From positions 26,046 through 90,045 of the forward strand of contig CAZGYV010000002.1 of the NCBI GenBank assembly GCA_964530725.1: DNA of 64,000 bases, written 5' to 3'. Below are positions 16,655-26,829 of this stretch, in pieces (the first letter of the stretch is position 1; every line of letters begins with the position of its first letter). Source of the DNA: an uncultured Candidatus Saccharibacteria bacterium (GTDB taxonomy: Bacteria; Patescibacteriota; Saccharimonadia; CAILAD01; CAZGYV01). The notes beneath the pieces were generated by a model. That model was not told where the DNA came from. It saw nothing but the letters and a program-made list of their open reading frames with translations, and made no database searches. The translations under genes and the position numbers were made by a program.

Positions 16655-19528
16655 TTACAGCTCGCCCCAATTCTTGCCAATCCTCACCCCTACCTCGATC
16701 GGCACGCTAAACCGGTGAATATTCTCCATCACGCGGCGCATTACTTGAACTACATCATCGACTGACTTCTCGTCGCACTCGACAATTAATTCGTCGTGAA
16801 TTTGCAAAATCATCTTGGCATTTACCGGCAGCTGGGTGGCCAGCTCGATCATTGCCAGCTTCATCATATCGGCGGCCGTCCCCTGTAATGGCATGTTAAC
16901 AGCCGCTCGCTCGGCTGCCATGCGAGTTATAAAATTACTAGAATTTACATCCGGGCAAGGTCGGCGGCGGCCAAAAATCGTGGCGGTATAGCCATCCTGG
17001 CGAGCCTGCTGTTTCACGCGCTCGATGTATTCGGCGATCCCGCGGCGAATCTCAAAATAACGATCGATGAAGCTTTTGGCCTCCTCGCGGCTCATACCGG
17101 TAGCTACTGAGAGACCATGCGGATTCATCCCATATAAAATACCGAAATTAATCGTTTTAGCAGCATAGCGCTGCTGCTTGGTAACCGATGACACGTCAAC
17201 GCCAAACATCTCCGCCGCTGTCAGTGCATGAATATCAGCGCCCTCACGAAAGGCTTCGATCACCGGCTTGTCGTCGGCCATAGCGGCCGCCAGGCGCAGC
17301 TCGATCTGCGAGTAGTCAGCGCTTATCAGCACCTTACCCTCACCCGCCACAAAGGCTTGGCGAATCTCGCGTCCCAGCTCGGTCCGAACCGGGATATTTT
17401 GCAGATTAGGATTAGTGCTCGACAGCCGGCCGGTCTGAGCGATGGCTTGATTGTAGCTGGTGTGAATGCGGCCGGTACTCGGATTGACCAATTTCGGCAG
17501 CGCGTCGGCATAAGTGCTTTTGAGCTTGGCCACCTCGCGGTATTCGAACAAATGATCGACGATCGGATGGCTACCACGCAGCTTTTCCAACTCACGAGCA
17601 GCAGTCGAGAGGCCGGTTTTGTTTTTTTTCAAGTTCCCACCATCGATTTTAAGCTTGTCAAACAAAATCACCTTGAGCTGCTGAGTGGAGTTAATATTAA
17701 AATGCTCGCCAGCTTCGCGCCAAATCGCTTCCTCCAAATCAACCAGCTTAGCATTAATTCGCTTGGCGAATCGGGCTAAAAACTTCGTATCAAGCTCAAC
17801 GCCCGTGATTTCCATCTCCGCTAAGACCGATATCAGCGGCCACTCCATCGTGGTAGCTACTTTCTCGACGCTTGGCAACTGCGCGAGCTGATGGCTCAAA
17901 GTTTCATACAGCCGCCAGGTGACATCAGCGTCTTCGGCCGCGTATTTAACAGCCTCCTCGATCGGCACTTGATTGAAGCTCTGTTGCTGCTTACTTTTTG
18001 GCCCGATTAGCTCTTCGATGTCGATCATCTCTAGGCCCAGCTCGGCAAAAGCCAGATTGGAAAGCGTCTGAGCCCGCACGATCGGATTGATCAAGAAAGC
18101 CGCTACCATCGTGTCAAAACTGATTGGCCCTAGTGTTACACCATATTTTTTTAGGACCTGGTAGTCAAACTTAATATTGTGCCCCACCTTACCAATCTGG
18201 GGATTTTCCAAGAAAGGTCTGAGCTTCTGAAGTACAGTATCAAGCGGTAGCTGACCCGGTGCAAGGTTTTCTAGCCCAGAGCTAGTTCGAGGAAGATCTG
18301 AAGCTTGCAAGCGAGGCGTAGTACTGCTACGTTGAGCGCGAACTGGAGGATCTGACGCTGAAATAGCCTGGGACTGAGAACCGGGAAGCTCATGACCGAT
18401 CGGCACGTAATAAGCCTCTCCTGATCTCCAGGAGAAACTCATACCAACCAAATTTGCCGTAATGGCATTGATATCATCTGTCTCAGTGTCAAAAGCGAAT
18501 ACTCGTTGCTGGCTTAGTTTATCAGCCAATTCTTTTAGCTTTTTTTCACTATCGACACAGGTATAGTTAACGCTTTCCAGATGTGAATGGGCTTTGTGAG
18601 GAGTCGCCGAGCTATCTGAAGCCTCATCAAACAAGGCAGTTTGAACACTAAACGTGTTCGATTTTTGGTTGGGCAATTTATTGAGCAAACTTTTAAAGCC
18701 TAGCTTGTGAAACAACTCCACTACCCGGCCGCGATCATAATCATGCAGCGCCGCGTCCTTGATAGTAAACTGAAGCGGCACATCAGCCACGATCAGGGCC
18801 AATTCATAGCTCAGATCAGCTTGGACGCGGCCGGCTTCGAGCTTCGAGCGCACGGCCGGCTTAATTTCTTCGAGATGAGCGTAGATCGAGTCGAGAGTTT
18901 TGTACCTGGCCACCAAGTCAGTCGCCGTCTTATCGCCTACCCCCTTCACGCCTGGGATATTGTCGCTGGCGTCCCCCTTGAGAGCCTTGTAGACGACGAA
19001 TTCCTCGGGAGTTAAGCCGTATTTCTCTTCTACCGCGGCCCGATCGTAGGTGATCGTATCTGAAAACCCTTTGCGCAAGGTATAAACTTTGACGTGGTCA
19101 TCAACTAATTGCAGCTCGTCCATGTCACCAGTCACGATCACGACCTCGTATTCGTTTTTGTACTCAGCCGCCAGCGTACCAATCACATCATCAGCCTCAT
19201 ATCCTGCCACACCAATCAGGGGAATAGCGAAAGTTTCGACCAGCTCACGCGTCACCGGTATCTGGACGGCCAGATCATCATCCATTTTCTTGCGCGTACC
19301 TTTGTAATCTGGAAACATATCATGGCGGAAGGTTTTACCAGGTTCGTCCCAGGCTACCGCCACATACTCTGGCTTAAGCTCGCGCAGAGCGTTGAGCATC
19401 ATGCTGGTAAAGCCGTACACACCATTGGTCGGTGTACCATCACGGGCCGTCAGGGGCGGAATGGCGTGGTAACCGCGGTGCAGCAGCGCGTGACCGTCGA
19501 AAATAACAAATTTCTTGCGAGCGTTCAT
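16655..19528 (-). CDS. polA: DNA polymerase I with a ~40-aa insertion
   Basis: 5'-3' exonuclease, 3'-5' exonuclease (FDTET) and polymerase motifs (ADYSQIELR, AKTINFGILYG, QIHDEL). Confidence 0.99.
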   Translation of the reverse strand: MNARKKFVIFDGHALLHRGYHAIPPLTARDGTPTNGVYGFTSMMLNALRELKPEYVAVAWDEPGKTFRHDMFPDYKGTRKKMDDDLAVQIPVTRELVETFAIPLIGVAGYEADDVIGTLAAEYKNEYEVVIVTGDMDELQLVDDHVKVYTLRKGFSDTITYDRAAVEEKYGLTPEEFVVYKALKGDASDNIPGVKGVGDKTATDLVARYKTLDSIYAHLEEIKPAVRSKLEAGRVQADLSYELALIVADVPLQFTIKDAALHDYDRGRVVELFHKLGFKSLLNKLPNQKSNTFSVQTALFDEASDSSATPHKAHSHLESVNYTCVDSEKKLKELADKLSQQRVFAFDTETDDINAITANLVGMSFSWRSGEAYYVPIGHELPGSQSQAISASDPPVRAQRSSTTPRLQASDLPRTSSGLENLAPGQLPLDTVLQKLRPFLENPQIGKVGHNIKFDYQVLKKYGVTLGPISFDTMVAAFLINPIVRAQTLSNLAFAELGLEMIDIEELIGPKSKQQQSFNQVPIEEAVKYAAEDADVTWRLYETLSHQLAQLPSVEKVATTMEWPLISVLAEMEITGVELDTKFLARFAKRINAKLVDLEEAIWREAGEHFNINSTQQLKVILFDKLKIDGGNLKKNKTGLSTAARELEKLRGSHPIVDHLFEYREVAKLKSTYADALPKLVNPSTGRIHTSYNQAIAQTGRLSSTNPNLQNIPVRTELGREIRQAFVAGEGKVLISADYSQIELRLAAAMADDKPVIEAFREGADIHALTAAEMFGVDVSSVTKQQRYAAKTINFGILYGMNPHGLSVATGMSREEAKSFIDRYFEIRRGIAEYIERVKQQARQDGYTATIFGRRRPCPDVNSSNFITRMAAERAAVNMPLQGTAADMMKLAMIELATQLPVNAKMILQIHDELIVECDEKSVDDVVQVMRRVMENIHRFSVPIEVGVRIGKNWGEL
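18265..18382. repeat. RPE-like palindromic element, copy C, in frame inside polA
   Basis: GTTCGAGG-A-AGATC...GATCT-GACGCTGAA; central GGCGTAG/CTACGTT; outer CCCAG/CTGGG. Confidence 0.8.
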
Positions 19529-19729
19529 AGATTTGATTATACAGGATCAGGCAGCGCTTTGGTCCCTAAATTTGTCTGTTCTGACCGATTGACAACACTT
19601 CTTTATCATTGACTTTTTATAGTTTTTATGGTAATATGTCACTTTCGTGCTTGAGGGCTCTTGGCGGAGTAAGCACGAGATTGTACCCTACAACACCTCC
19701 ACTGTCTACCCTCAAAGACCGGAGTAAAA

Positions 19730-22012
19730 ATGAAACGCTTTATCGTTACGTTACTGCTGCTGGGCGCACTAGGCATGGTAGCGGGAGTCGGTCACAAGCC
19801 GCCTACCGCCCAAGCTCAAAGTGCCCCGGCAGCCAGCTGCACCCTGCAGGCGGACACCTACTGGAGTGAGGAAGCGGTCGGTCGGCTATACGCCAACTAC
19901 CCGTTCTACCTCACCAGTGCGCTACGTAAGGGCGCCGACTGGAAGGTACTGGCAGTGTTCCACATGATGGAACATAGTCTAGTACTCGATAATCCAGCCA
20001 ACGGGCAGGGCTTCATGCAGCTCTACAGCTACGAGAAGGCTCATCCGGATGCTTTTCCGGCCAAAGCCGACTTGTCAGCTGAAGAGGCAGTCAATCAGCT
20101 TGATCTGGCGTATGACGAAATCCAGGGCAAGGCCAAGGGTAAACTGACGGCCACCCCAGATCTCGAAGTACTCTACCAGGCGGCAGCCGCCTACAATGGG
20201 CTTGGGTTCCACAAGCGATGGGAAAACCACCCCTATGTGGTCAACGACCCGCCCAACGGCGTCATGCTGAAAAAGCCTAGCCGTGACGGCGGTCCGGTCG
20301 ACACCGTGTCGAAGCAAAATGGCTTCAAGCCTCTCTACGAGAGCTTGAGCGCCCAATGCCCGACTGGTGCGACCCTACTCGACCCGCGACTCGATACCAA
20401 TCGAGAAGCAATCGAGCGCTGCCCGTCGCTGGGTGATCCGGCCAATGTATTCCCGCTGACGATCGACGCTGTTGGCATCGCCAATGGCTCGGACAAGGAG
20501 GGAGATTGGCTAGTCTGGACGCCGGGTGCGACCAACCAGCACCACGACTACGACGCCGGCGATGTCCACGCGCCAACTGGTACACCAGTGGTGTCGATGA
20601 CGGCCGGCCAAGTAGTCGACGTGCGTGCCGGTGAGTGGCAGGACGGTGGCTGGCAGCCAGCCAGGCTGCGAGTCCGGACTGCCGACGGCTGCGTCCTCTG
20701 GTACCAACACCTGCTCAACGGCAGCGTGGTGGTCAACGAGGGCGACGAGGTCGTGGCTGGGCAATTGCTCGGCCAGGTCGGCACGCCGCAGGACGCGATG
20801 AGTACAGCGCCGCACTTGCACTTCGATGTAACAGCGAACCTTGAAGATTCGCAAGCTACTCGGAGTCGCGACTACTGCGCCAACCATCGGGCGCGGTGCG
20901 AAGCACTAACCTTCGACATCCAGCCGGTCCTGTCCAAGCTGTTTTTGACCAAAACAGTCTCGGGCACTCCGGTTAATGCCAGCCAGGTGCCAGTTCCGGT
21001 CGTGGTCAACCAAGACCAGATTCCGGAGCTGGAGAGCCTACTCTCGCTGCCAGCCCACTCGCGCTATCTAGTGCTTGCCGGGCTGTTGGTTGCATTTGTG
21101 CTGGCCGTCAGCACGCAACTGTCACCGCGGCTTAAGTTCCGGTGGTCTGATTCCATTATCGCTCCAACCAGTGGCGGCAAAGCCATTGGCTCGGGGCGAC
21201 GTGATCAGGCTGCTTGGCTTCAAGTCAGTCAGTCCCAAACCGATGTCCACCCGCTGGTCATCATTTGGGATAAGCTCTACGCCGGCATGCATTTCTTCCT
21301 GTTGGGCGTGGCACCGGGCCTGATCGGCCTTGGTCTAGCCACCCACCCGCACTGGAAGTTCCGCGGTCTGCCACTGGGAGCAATCCTGGACTGGCAGTGG
21401 ATCGGTATGGATAGGGCCCTGACGGAAGTTCCGTTCTGGTTCGTCCTGCCGGCTCTCTTGATCGCCATTTTCACCGTGATCTATGGCTTTTTTGCCCTAG
21501 TCACACTGCTGAATGTGGCGGTCTCGCTCGCAGCCAAGAGTGGGATGTGGCACGGTGTGCGAGCTTTTTGGTCGCCCCGCAACCAGTGGTTGGTGGCCAA
21601 ACGACTACGACGCTTTCTGCCCACCCTCGGCCTGATCCAGCTCGAGCTTATGATGCTCTACTGGGTCATGGGAATGAGTGAAAATGCGGCTTGGCGGATT
21701 GGCTGGGCGATCGCGCTAATCGCGGCCCCGACCATCTTCCATTTCCACCGTCAGATCTTCACGACGATCGGCTGGCTGGCAGCACTGCCGGTGCTACTGC
21801 TGATCGCCATCGCACTGAAGATCATGATCCGGCGTGAAGTCAACGCCGCCGTCAAGCAAGCTCGCACCCATCGAGTCGATCGCCAGATCAGGCTCTATGA
21901 CTGGGCGCTGAGCAAAGCGTTTCACCCCAAACACCCAGCTCCCGCGCCCGAGCCGGCTGACGATCGTCAGACCGAACTTGAGCGCAGCTGGGATGAGGAA
22001 AGCTCCGTTTAA
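19730..22012 (+). CDS. lytic-transglycosylase-like + M23 peptidase + multi-TM protein
   Basis: Signal peptide; SLT-like E...GFMQL and AAYNG; M23 motifs HHDYDAGD and PHLHF; C-terminal TM helices; promoter TTGACT-17-TAATAT at 19609-19637. Confidence 0.85.
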   Translation: MKRFIVTLLLLGALGMVAGVGHKPPTAQAQSAPAASCTLQADTYWSEEAVGRLYANYPFYLTSALRKGADWKVLAVFHMMEHSLVLDNPANGQGFMQLYSYEKAHPDAFPAKADLSAEEAVNQLDLAYDEIQGKAKGKLTATPDLEVLYQAAAAYNGLGFHKRWENHPYVVNDPPNGVMLKKPSRDGGPVDTVSKQNGFKPLYESLSAQCPTGATLLDPRLDTNREAIERCPSLGDPANVFPLTIDAVGIANGSDKEGDWLVWTPGATNQHHDYDAGDVHAPTGTPVVSMTAGQVVDVRAGEWQDGGWQPARLRVRTADGCVLWYQHLLNGSVVVNEGDEVVAGQLLGQVGTPQDAMSTAPHLHFDVTANLEDSQATRSRDYCANHRARCEALTFDIQPVLSKLFLTKTVSGTPVNASQVPVPVVVNQDQIPELESLLSLPAHSRYLVLAGLLVAFVLAVSTQLSPRLKFRWSDSIIAPTSGGKAIGSGRRDQAAWLQVSQSQTDVHPLVIIWDKLYAGMHFFLLGVAPGLIGLGLATHPHWKFRGLPLGAILDWQWIGMDRALTEVPFWFVLPALLIAIFTVIYGFFALVTLLNVAVSLAAKSGMWHGVRAFWSPRNQWLVAKRLRRFLPTLGLIQLELMMLYWVMGMSENAAWRIGWAIALIAAPTIFHFHRQIFTTIGWLAALPVLLLIAIALKIMIRREVNAAVKQARTHRVDRQIRLYDWALSKAFHPKHPAPAPEPADDRQTELERSWDEESSV

Positions 22013-22106
22013 ATACGGATAAACTGGCTCGACCTTATCTTTTACAGGTAAGGTCGAGCCCCCGACCTAAGAGCTGAATATTAATTACGTCAACTTTTAG
22101 GTCGAG

Positions 22107-23333
22107 CTATTTTCCGCGAAATGAATCTATAAAGAAGTCCATCAGCGAGCGCCGACGCGGCTTGTTCTTGCCCTTAGCACTCATACCGGTCGCGTATTCG
22201 GCCACATTGCTATAGCCCGAACCCCTCAAGCCATCTAGCTTTGTACGCTCCTTGGAGGCATGCTCGCTATCCTGAAATCTGACACCCTCTTCGACCGCCC
22301 GCAGCGCTTCTCGGCTAGGCCGCTCCGCCCGCCTAAGAATACCGCGCCGATTGGTTGCCGCTGCCTCGGTGGTAACGGTGCTAATACTGATAATCTCGCC
22401 GGTTTTGCGGCTGCGGCGCTCGACAAGCAAGGTGTTGCCACTCTTATCGGCGGCGCATTTATAGTAAGTTTCAAGCACTCGGCCACCAGCCGAGCTCTTG
22501 CTTTTGAGCTGGAAAAACGGCTTTGATTCTGCCTGCAAAGCAACGTATACGTCATCATACATTTTAGCAAGCTCGGCCTGACTAAGCTTGCCATCGGCAT
22601 GGTGGTCGATCACTCTCGGCGCGCCACCTTCGAAATGCGCCAGCGACTGCGACACCATGCGGGTGACTTCACTTTTAATATCTTGGTACTTTTGCTCATC
22701 CCCGGCAGCTTTGTCGCGCTCGGCTTGAACACGCGCAGATTGCAGCTCGTCAGCAGCGCCGGCCATACCCCGAGCTCGCAGGGCTTCAGCCGCCTGGGTG
22801 TGAGGATTTGGATTCTCGACTAATCGTCCACTAAAATCTTCCTGGTAATGGGTTTGTTGATCAGCGGATATTTTCTCTAGATCTTGCGCCTCACCAAATT
22901 TACCGGCCTTTTTTAGCTCGGCGATTTTTAGCTGAATATCGCGTTCGGCTAGCGACATCACCTTCCGTCCACCAGCATGCTCTTCAAAATTATCTTTGAA
23001 AGAGCCATATTTCCCGTCTGGAGTCTCGGGTGGCTTGGCGGATTCTCCTTCTTGCGGCCGTGTCGGCGCTTCAGGCTCTGGCTCTTCTTGGTTTGGCTCT
23101 GGCTTAGATTCTGATTCTGGCTGCGGTCGAGTCGGCGCTTCGGGCTTAGTCGCTGGTTCTTCTTGTTCTGGGGTAGGCTGCTCTGGGCTTCCTGGCCTTG
23201 CAGGTTGACTTTTTAGGACCTCGTCTATTTCATCGATCTGTCGTTGTGCTTGCTTTGCCAGGTCTTCGGCCAGTTCAGCATTAGCACTAGGAGTGCTACT
23301 CTCTGGTGGGTTTGGACGTTGTGCTTCCGACAT
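22107..23333 (-). CDS. hypothetical protein with Pro/Glu-rich N-terminus
   Basis: 408-aa ORF; PEAPTRPQ occurs twice. Confidence 0.75.
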   Translation of the reverse strand: MSEAQRPNPPESSTPSANAELAEDLAKQAQRQIDEIDEVLKSQPARPGSPEQPTPEQEEPATKPEAPTRPQPESESKPEPNQEEPEPEAPTRPQEGESAKPPETPDGKYGSFKDNFEEHAGGRKVMSLAERDIQLKIAELKKAGKFGEAQDLEKISADQQTHYQEDFSGRLVENPNPHTQAAEALRARGMAGAADELQSARVQAERDKAAGDEQKYQDIKSEVTRMVSQSLAHFEGGAPRVIDHHADGKLSQAELAKMYDDVYVALQAESKPFFQLKSKSSAGGRVLETYYKCAADKSGNTLLVERRSRKTGEIISISTVTTEAAATNRRGILRRAERPSREALRAVEEGVRFQDSEHASKERTKLDGLRGSGYSNVAEYATGMSAKGKNKPRRRSLMDFFIDSFRGK

Positions 23334-23484
23334 TGCTTTTGTTCCTGATTATTATCGACATTATAGCATTTATCATAATTTTGCTACAGACATAACAATT
23401 ATCTCATTGTCTATTGACAAAATGGCATTTTTATACTATTATTACAACGTCTTGTTGTTTCGAGAGATCTACAGAGGAGTAAGG

Positions 23485-25167
23485 ATGAACGAGACAACGC
23501 TTAACGCCCCCTCGAAGCTGAAAGTGGCCAGAAAGCTGGTCGTCTTCTTCTTAATCGGGGCACTATTCGGTAGCCCGATGATCGCCATCGGCGCGCCACC
23601 AGAACCGGTCAGCCCAGACCTCATTCCAACGACGTTGGAGGTTTGGGCGCGGGACGTCTTGGTCGGCGTTGCCAATGTACGGCAACTACCGCCAGCCCAG
23701 CTGGTCACGCAAGAAAATATGGTTTTCATGCTGGCCTGGTCCAAGGGTGAAGACGGTGGAGTCGACGGTAACTGCGGGGCGTTTAACCCGCTCAACACCA
23801 AGTACATGGGTGTTGAGGCCGGAGGCCAATGGGCCTGCGGGGATGAAACTGTCAACTATCCCACCTACCCCGATGGCGTAGAGGCGGCTGTCTATACCAT
23901 CACTGGAAAGATTAAGACTTTCCAGACTCGGATGGCTGATGCGCTGTCCGCAGGGCTAACCGCCGAAGAGCTGGCTCATGTTCTGGCCACGCCGGAAGAG
24001 TTCCAGTTCAGCGAAGAACAAAGGCAAGCCTGCTGGGCCTGCCCAGGTGGAGCACGGTATGAAGCCAGTGTGGCGGGCGTGATCGCTCGCTTCAAGGGTG
24101 ACCCGGCCGCATACCGCGCCCGAGCCGACAAACGGCTCGACGGGGCAGCCGAGTTTGTACCGCTCCCAGAAGAGGAGATGATCGCTCCCAAGCCGGAGTT
24201 TGACGACTCCGTACCGGTCACGATGACCGCCGACGGTGCCTTCGCGTTCCCTTTGCGGGTGAACGCCGAAGACATCATCAACGGCATTGACGGCGGTATC
24301 AAGCGCGATCGCGCTTGGTGCAAGGGCAGCGAGCGGGCATGCCACCATGACTATCCGGCGGCCGACATCACCGTACCAACCGGTACGATGGTAGTGGCAC
24401 CGGAAGCCGGCACTATCATTGCCGCCGCCGCTTTGTCGGGCGATCGCAATGAGTACGTGAAGATCCAGCACAATGGAGATGCCTGTACTCTACTGCTCCA
24501 TATGCTTCCAGGAAGCCTAATGGTAGGCGTCGGCGACACGGTCACAACCGGTACTCCGATCGGCCGTGTCGGCACTGGCGAAGACGCAGTGGCAGCGAGT
24601 TCAGGATCGGGTACCTTCCCGCACCTGCACTTCGAAGCCACCAACTGCGCTGGCAGTCGTGCCGGACGGCAGCGGATGGATCCGCAGGCTCAACTCAAAT
24701 ATATGTTTGAGTCCCTGCCCCACCGCGGCAAGCTCGTATTGCTACCCCCACCCCACCCTCAGCAGCTAATTGCTAAGGAGCCGCCCGGACTGCACGTTAG
24801 TGCGGTCTGCTCAGAGCAGACCGCAGACGGCGAATGTCTGGGTGCACTCGGCGTCCGGCTCGCTAAGCTAGCCAATACCGCGCCTGCGGTTACGCCGGCG
24901 GCCGTCTCGCCAGACGGCGCTCTTGCGATAGCAGCGGCAGCCGCGGGCAATCCGCCCGCACTGCCGGCAGTCGCCGATGAGCAGCAAGCGGAGACGCCGG
25001 AAAGCGACGTCGGACACGATCCGCCGCCCTTCCACACTCCACCAATCGGCTGGAAACTCTATCTGATGTTTCTAGTCATCTGGACAATCGCCTGCGGCGC
25101 GCTCTACAAGCGCGACCAAAGGCGGCTGGCCGAGCTAGCACGAACACAAGCCGTGATCGTGCTCTAA
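23485..25167 (+). CDS. lysozyme-like + M23 peptidase with C-terminal TM anchor
   Basis: Start moved to ATG 23485 (SD AGGAG); AW..GE...FNPLNT segment; M23 motifs HHDYPAAD and PHLHF; promoter TTGACA-17-TATTAT at 23414-23442. Confidence 0.85.
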   Translation: MNETTLNAPSKLKVARKLVVFFLIGALFGSPMIAIGAPPEPVSPDLIPTTLEVWARDVLVGVANVRQLPPAQLVTQENMVFMLAWSKGEDGGVDGNCGAFNPLNTKYMGVEAGGQWACGDETVNYPTYPDGVEAAVYTITGKIKTFQTRMADALSAGLTAEELAHVLATPEEFQFSEEQRQACWACPGGARYEASVAGVIARFKGDPAAYRARADKRLDGAAEFVPLPEEEMIAPKPEFDDSVPVTMTADGAFAFPLRVNAEDIINGIDGGIKRDRAWCKGSERACHHDYPAADITVPTGTMVVAPEAGTIIAAAALSGDRNEYVKIQHNGDACTLLLHMLPGSLMVGVGDTVTTGTPIGRVGTGEDAVAASSGSGTFPHLHFEATNCAGSRAGRQRMDPQAQLKYMFESLPHRGKLVLLPPPHPQQLIAKEPPGLHVSAVCSEQTADGECLGALGVRLAKLANTAPAVTPAAVSPDGALAIAAAAAGNPPALPAVADEQQAETPESDVGHDPPPFHTPPIGWKLYLMFLVIWTIACGALYKRDQRRLAELARTQAVIVL

Positions 25168-25287
25168 GTTCCCACCGGTCCGACCTCTTCACAAAAAAAG
25201 CTTTTATAAGCCGTGAGGAGGTCGGACCGTCGACCTAAGTTTTTAAAAAATTGAAAATTTAGCTCGGCTTTATGCTAGACTTATTTT

Positions 25288-25647
25288 ATGGAAGAAGAAA
25301 ACCCGCACAGACAAGGCAATTTTGAAGACGGCCAACCCAACCTGCCAACTGAAGAAGAGGAGGCACAACACAGAAAAGCAGTCAGACAGTGGCTGTTTCA
25401 AGAACAAATAGAAGCCAGTAGAATACGAGAAGCGAATCGTGTCGTTGATGACAACCAGGCGCGCGAAGAAGATACGGATGAAAACGTTAGTGAAGCCAGG
25501 CGCGACCAAACATCCGAAAGGTTAAACCCGGACCCGCCAAAGGCTAGCGATGAGACAGTTGCCGAAGAGGCTGCTAAGGCAAGAGAACTTATCAGAAAAG
25601 CTCAAGAAAACGCAAGGCGTCCTAAGCCTCCCGCAAATAATCAATAA
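25288..25647 (+). CDS. hypothetical charged, probably disordered protein
   Basis: 119-aa ORF followed by a bidirectional hairpin at about 25648-25680. Confidence 0.65.
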   Translation: MEEENPHRQGNFEDGQPNLPTEEEEAQHRKAVRQWLFQEQIEASRIREANRVVDDNQAREEDTDENVSEARRDQTSERLNPDPPKASDETVAEEAAKARELIRKAQENARRPKPPANNQ

Positions 25648-25705
25648 CAAAACACTCCCTTCCTACAAGAGAGTGTTTTGACTTTTCAGCTAGCTGACCA
25701 ATTTT

Positions 25706-26821
25706 TCAAGCCAAGTAATCACGCAGACGCTTGGAATCTTTGTGTTTGCGCAGCTTCGCCAATGCCTTAGCTTCGATTTGGCGAATCCGCTCGCGGGTCA
25801 CACCAAATTCCTGACCGACTTCCTCAAGCGTATGGCCACGCCCGTCCTCTAAACCAAACCGCATCCGCAAGATTTTCTGCTCTCGCGGCGTCAAAAGCGA
25901 CAGCGTCTCGTCGATATGCTCCTTCAAAAGCTCATAAGTGGCGGCCTCCTCCGGGCTGACGCCATCCTCATCTTGGATAAAATCAGCCAGCCTCGACTCG
26001 TCATCTTCGCCGACCGTCGCGTCCAGGCTAGTAGTATCCTGGCTAATTTTTATGATGTGATTGACCTTGTCGACATCAATCTCCATCTCAGCAGCAATTT
26101 CCTCGGGCGCCGGCTCGCGGCCAAGCTCCTGAGTCAGGCGGCGTTGAGTACGAATGAGTTTATTGATCGTTTCGACCATGTGAACTGGGATACGAATTAC
26201 CCTGGCCTGGTCAGCGATCGCTCGTGTGATCGCCTGGCGAATCCACCAGGTTGCGTAGGTCGAGAATTTGAATCCCTTAGTGTAATCAAATTTCTCAACC
26301 GCTCGCAGCAGGCCGGTGTTGCCCTCCTGAATAAGGTCCAGCAGATCCAGCCCGCGACCAATGTATTTTTTAGCGATACTAACCACCAGACGCATATTGG
26401 CCTCGGCCAAAGCGTCTTTAGCCGCCTTGTCACCCTGACCAATCCGCTTAGCCAGCGCGACCTCATCTTCAGCGTTAATCAGCGGAATACGGCCGATTTC
26501 GCGCAAATACAAACGCACCGAATCATCGGCGATATCTTTGATGTAATCTTCCGAGACAGCATTCTCAATATCTTCTTCGGGCTCGGTCGCCCAAATCAGC
26601 TTGTCTTTTTGGTCGGTGATCTCGACGCCCTGATCCATCAGAGCCGTGTACAAATCATCGAGCGTCTCGACGTTCTCCTCCGCCTCGGGAACAGCCGAAA
26701 AAATTTCCTGCTGCGTGACAAAACCTTGCTCTCGACCCTTGGTGATTAGCCGTTCGACTTCGGGCGAAAATTCAACTTTTTCATCAGGCTCTGCGGCCTG
26801 ATCTTTTGCTTTTTTTGGCAT
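25706..26821 (-). CDS. rpoD: RNA polymerase primary sigma factor
   Basis: [55 protein letters not shown]. Confidence 0.99.
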   Translation of the reverse strand: MPKKAKDQAAEPDEKVEFSPEVERLITKGREQGFVTQQEIFSAVPEAEENVETLDDLYTALMDQGVEITDQKDKLIWATEPEEDIENAVSEDYIKDIADDSVRLYLREIGRIPLINAEDEVALAKRIGQGDKAAKDALAEANMRLVVSIAKKYIGRGLDLLDLIQEGNTGLLRAVEKFDYTKGFKFSTYATWWIRQAITRAIADQARVIRIPVHMVETINKLIRTQRRLTQELGREPAPEEIAAEMEIDVDKVNHIIKISQDTTSLDATVGEDDESRLADFIQDEDGVSPEEAATYELLKEHIDETLSLLTPREQKILRMRFGLEDGRGHTLEEVGQEFGVTRERIRQIEAKALAKLRKHKDSKRLRDYLA

Positions 26822-26829
26822 AAAAAAGC

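Noticed and set aside
18265-18382. Intein or intron in polA
   Set aside because: Too short, no C/S...HN splice residues or intron core; it matches the palindromic repeat family instead.
23293-23484. N-terminal extension of the 624-aa ORF
   Set aside because: Spans the promoter region; SD and signal-like segment support ATG 23485.
25916-26749. 277-aa plus-strand ORF, and similar antisense ORFs over pnp, rnj, polA and groEL
   Set aside because: Antisense shadows of conserved genes.
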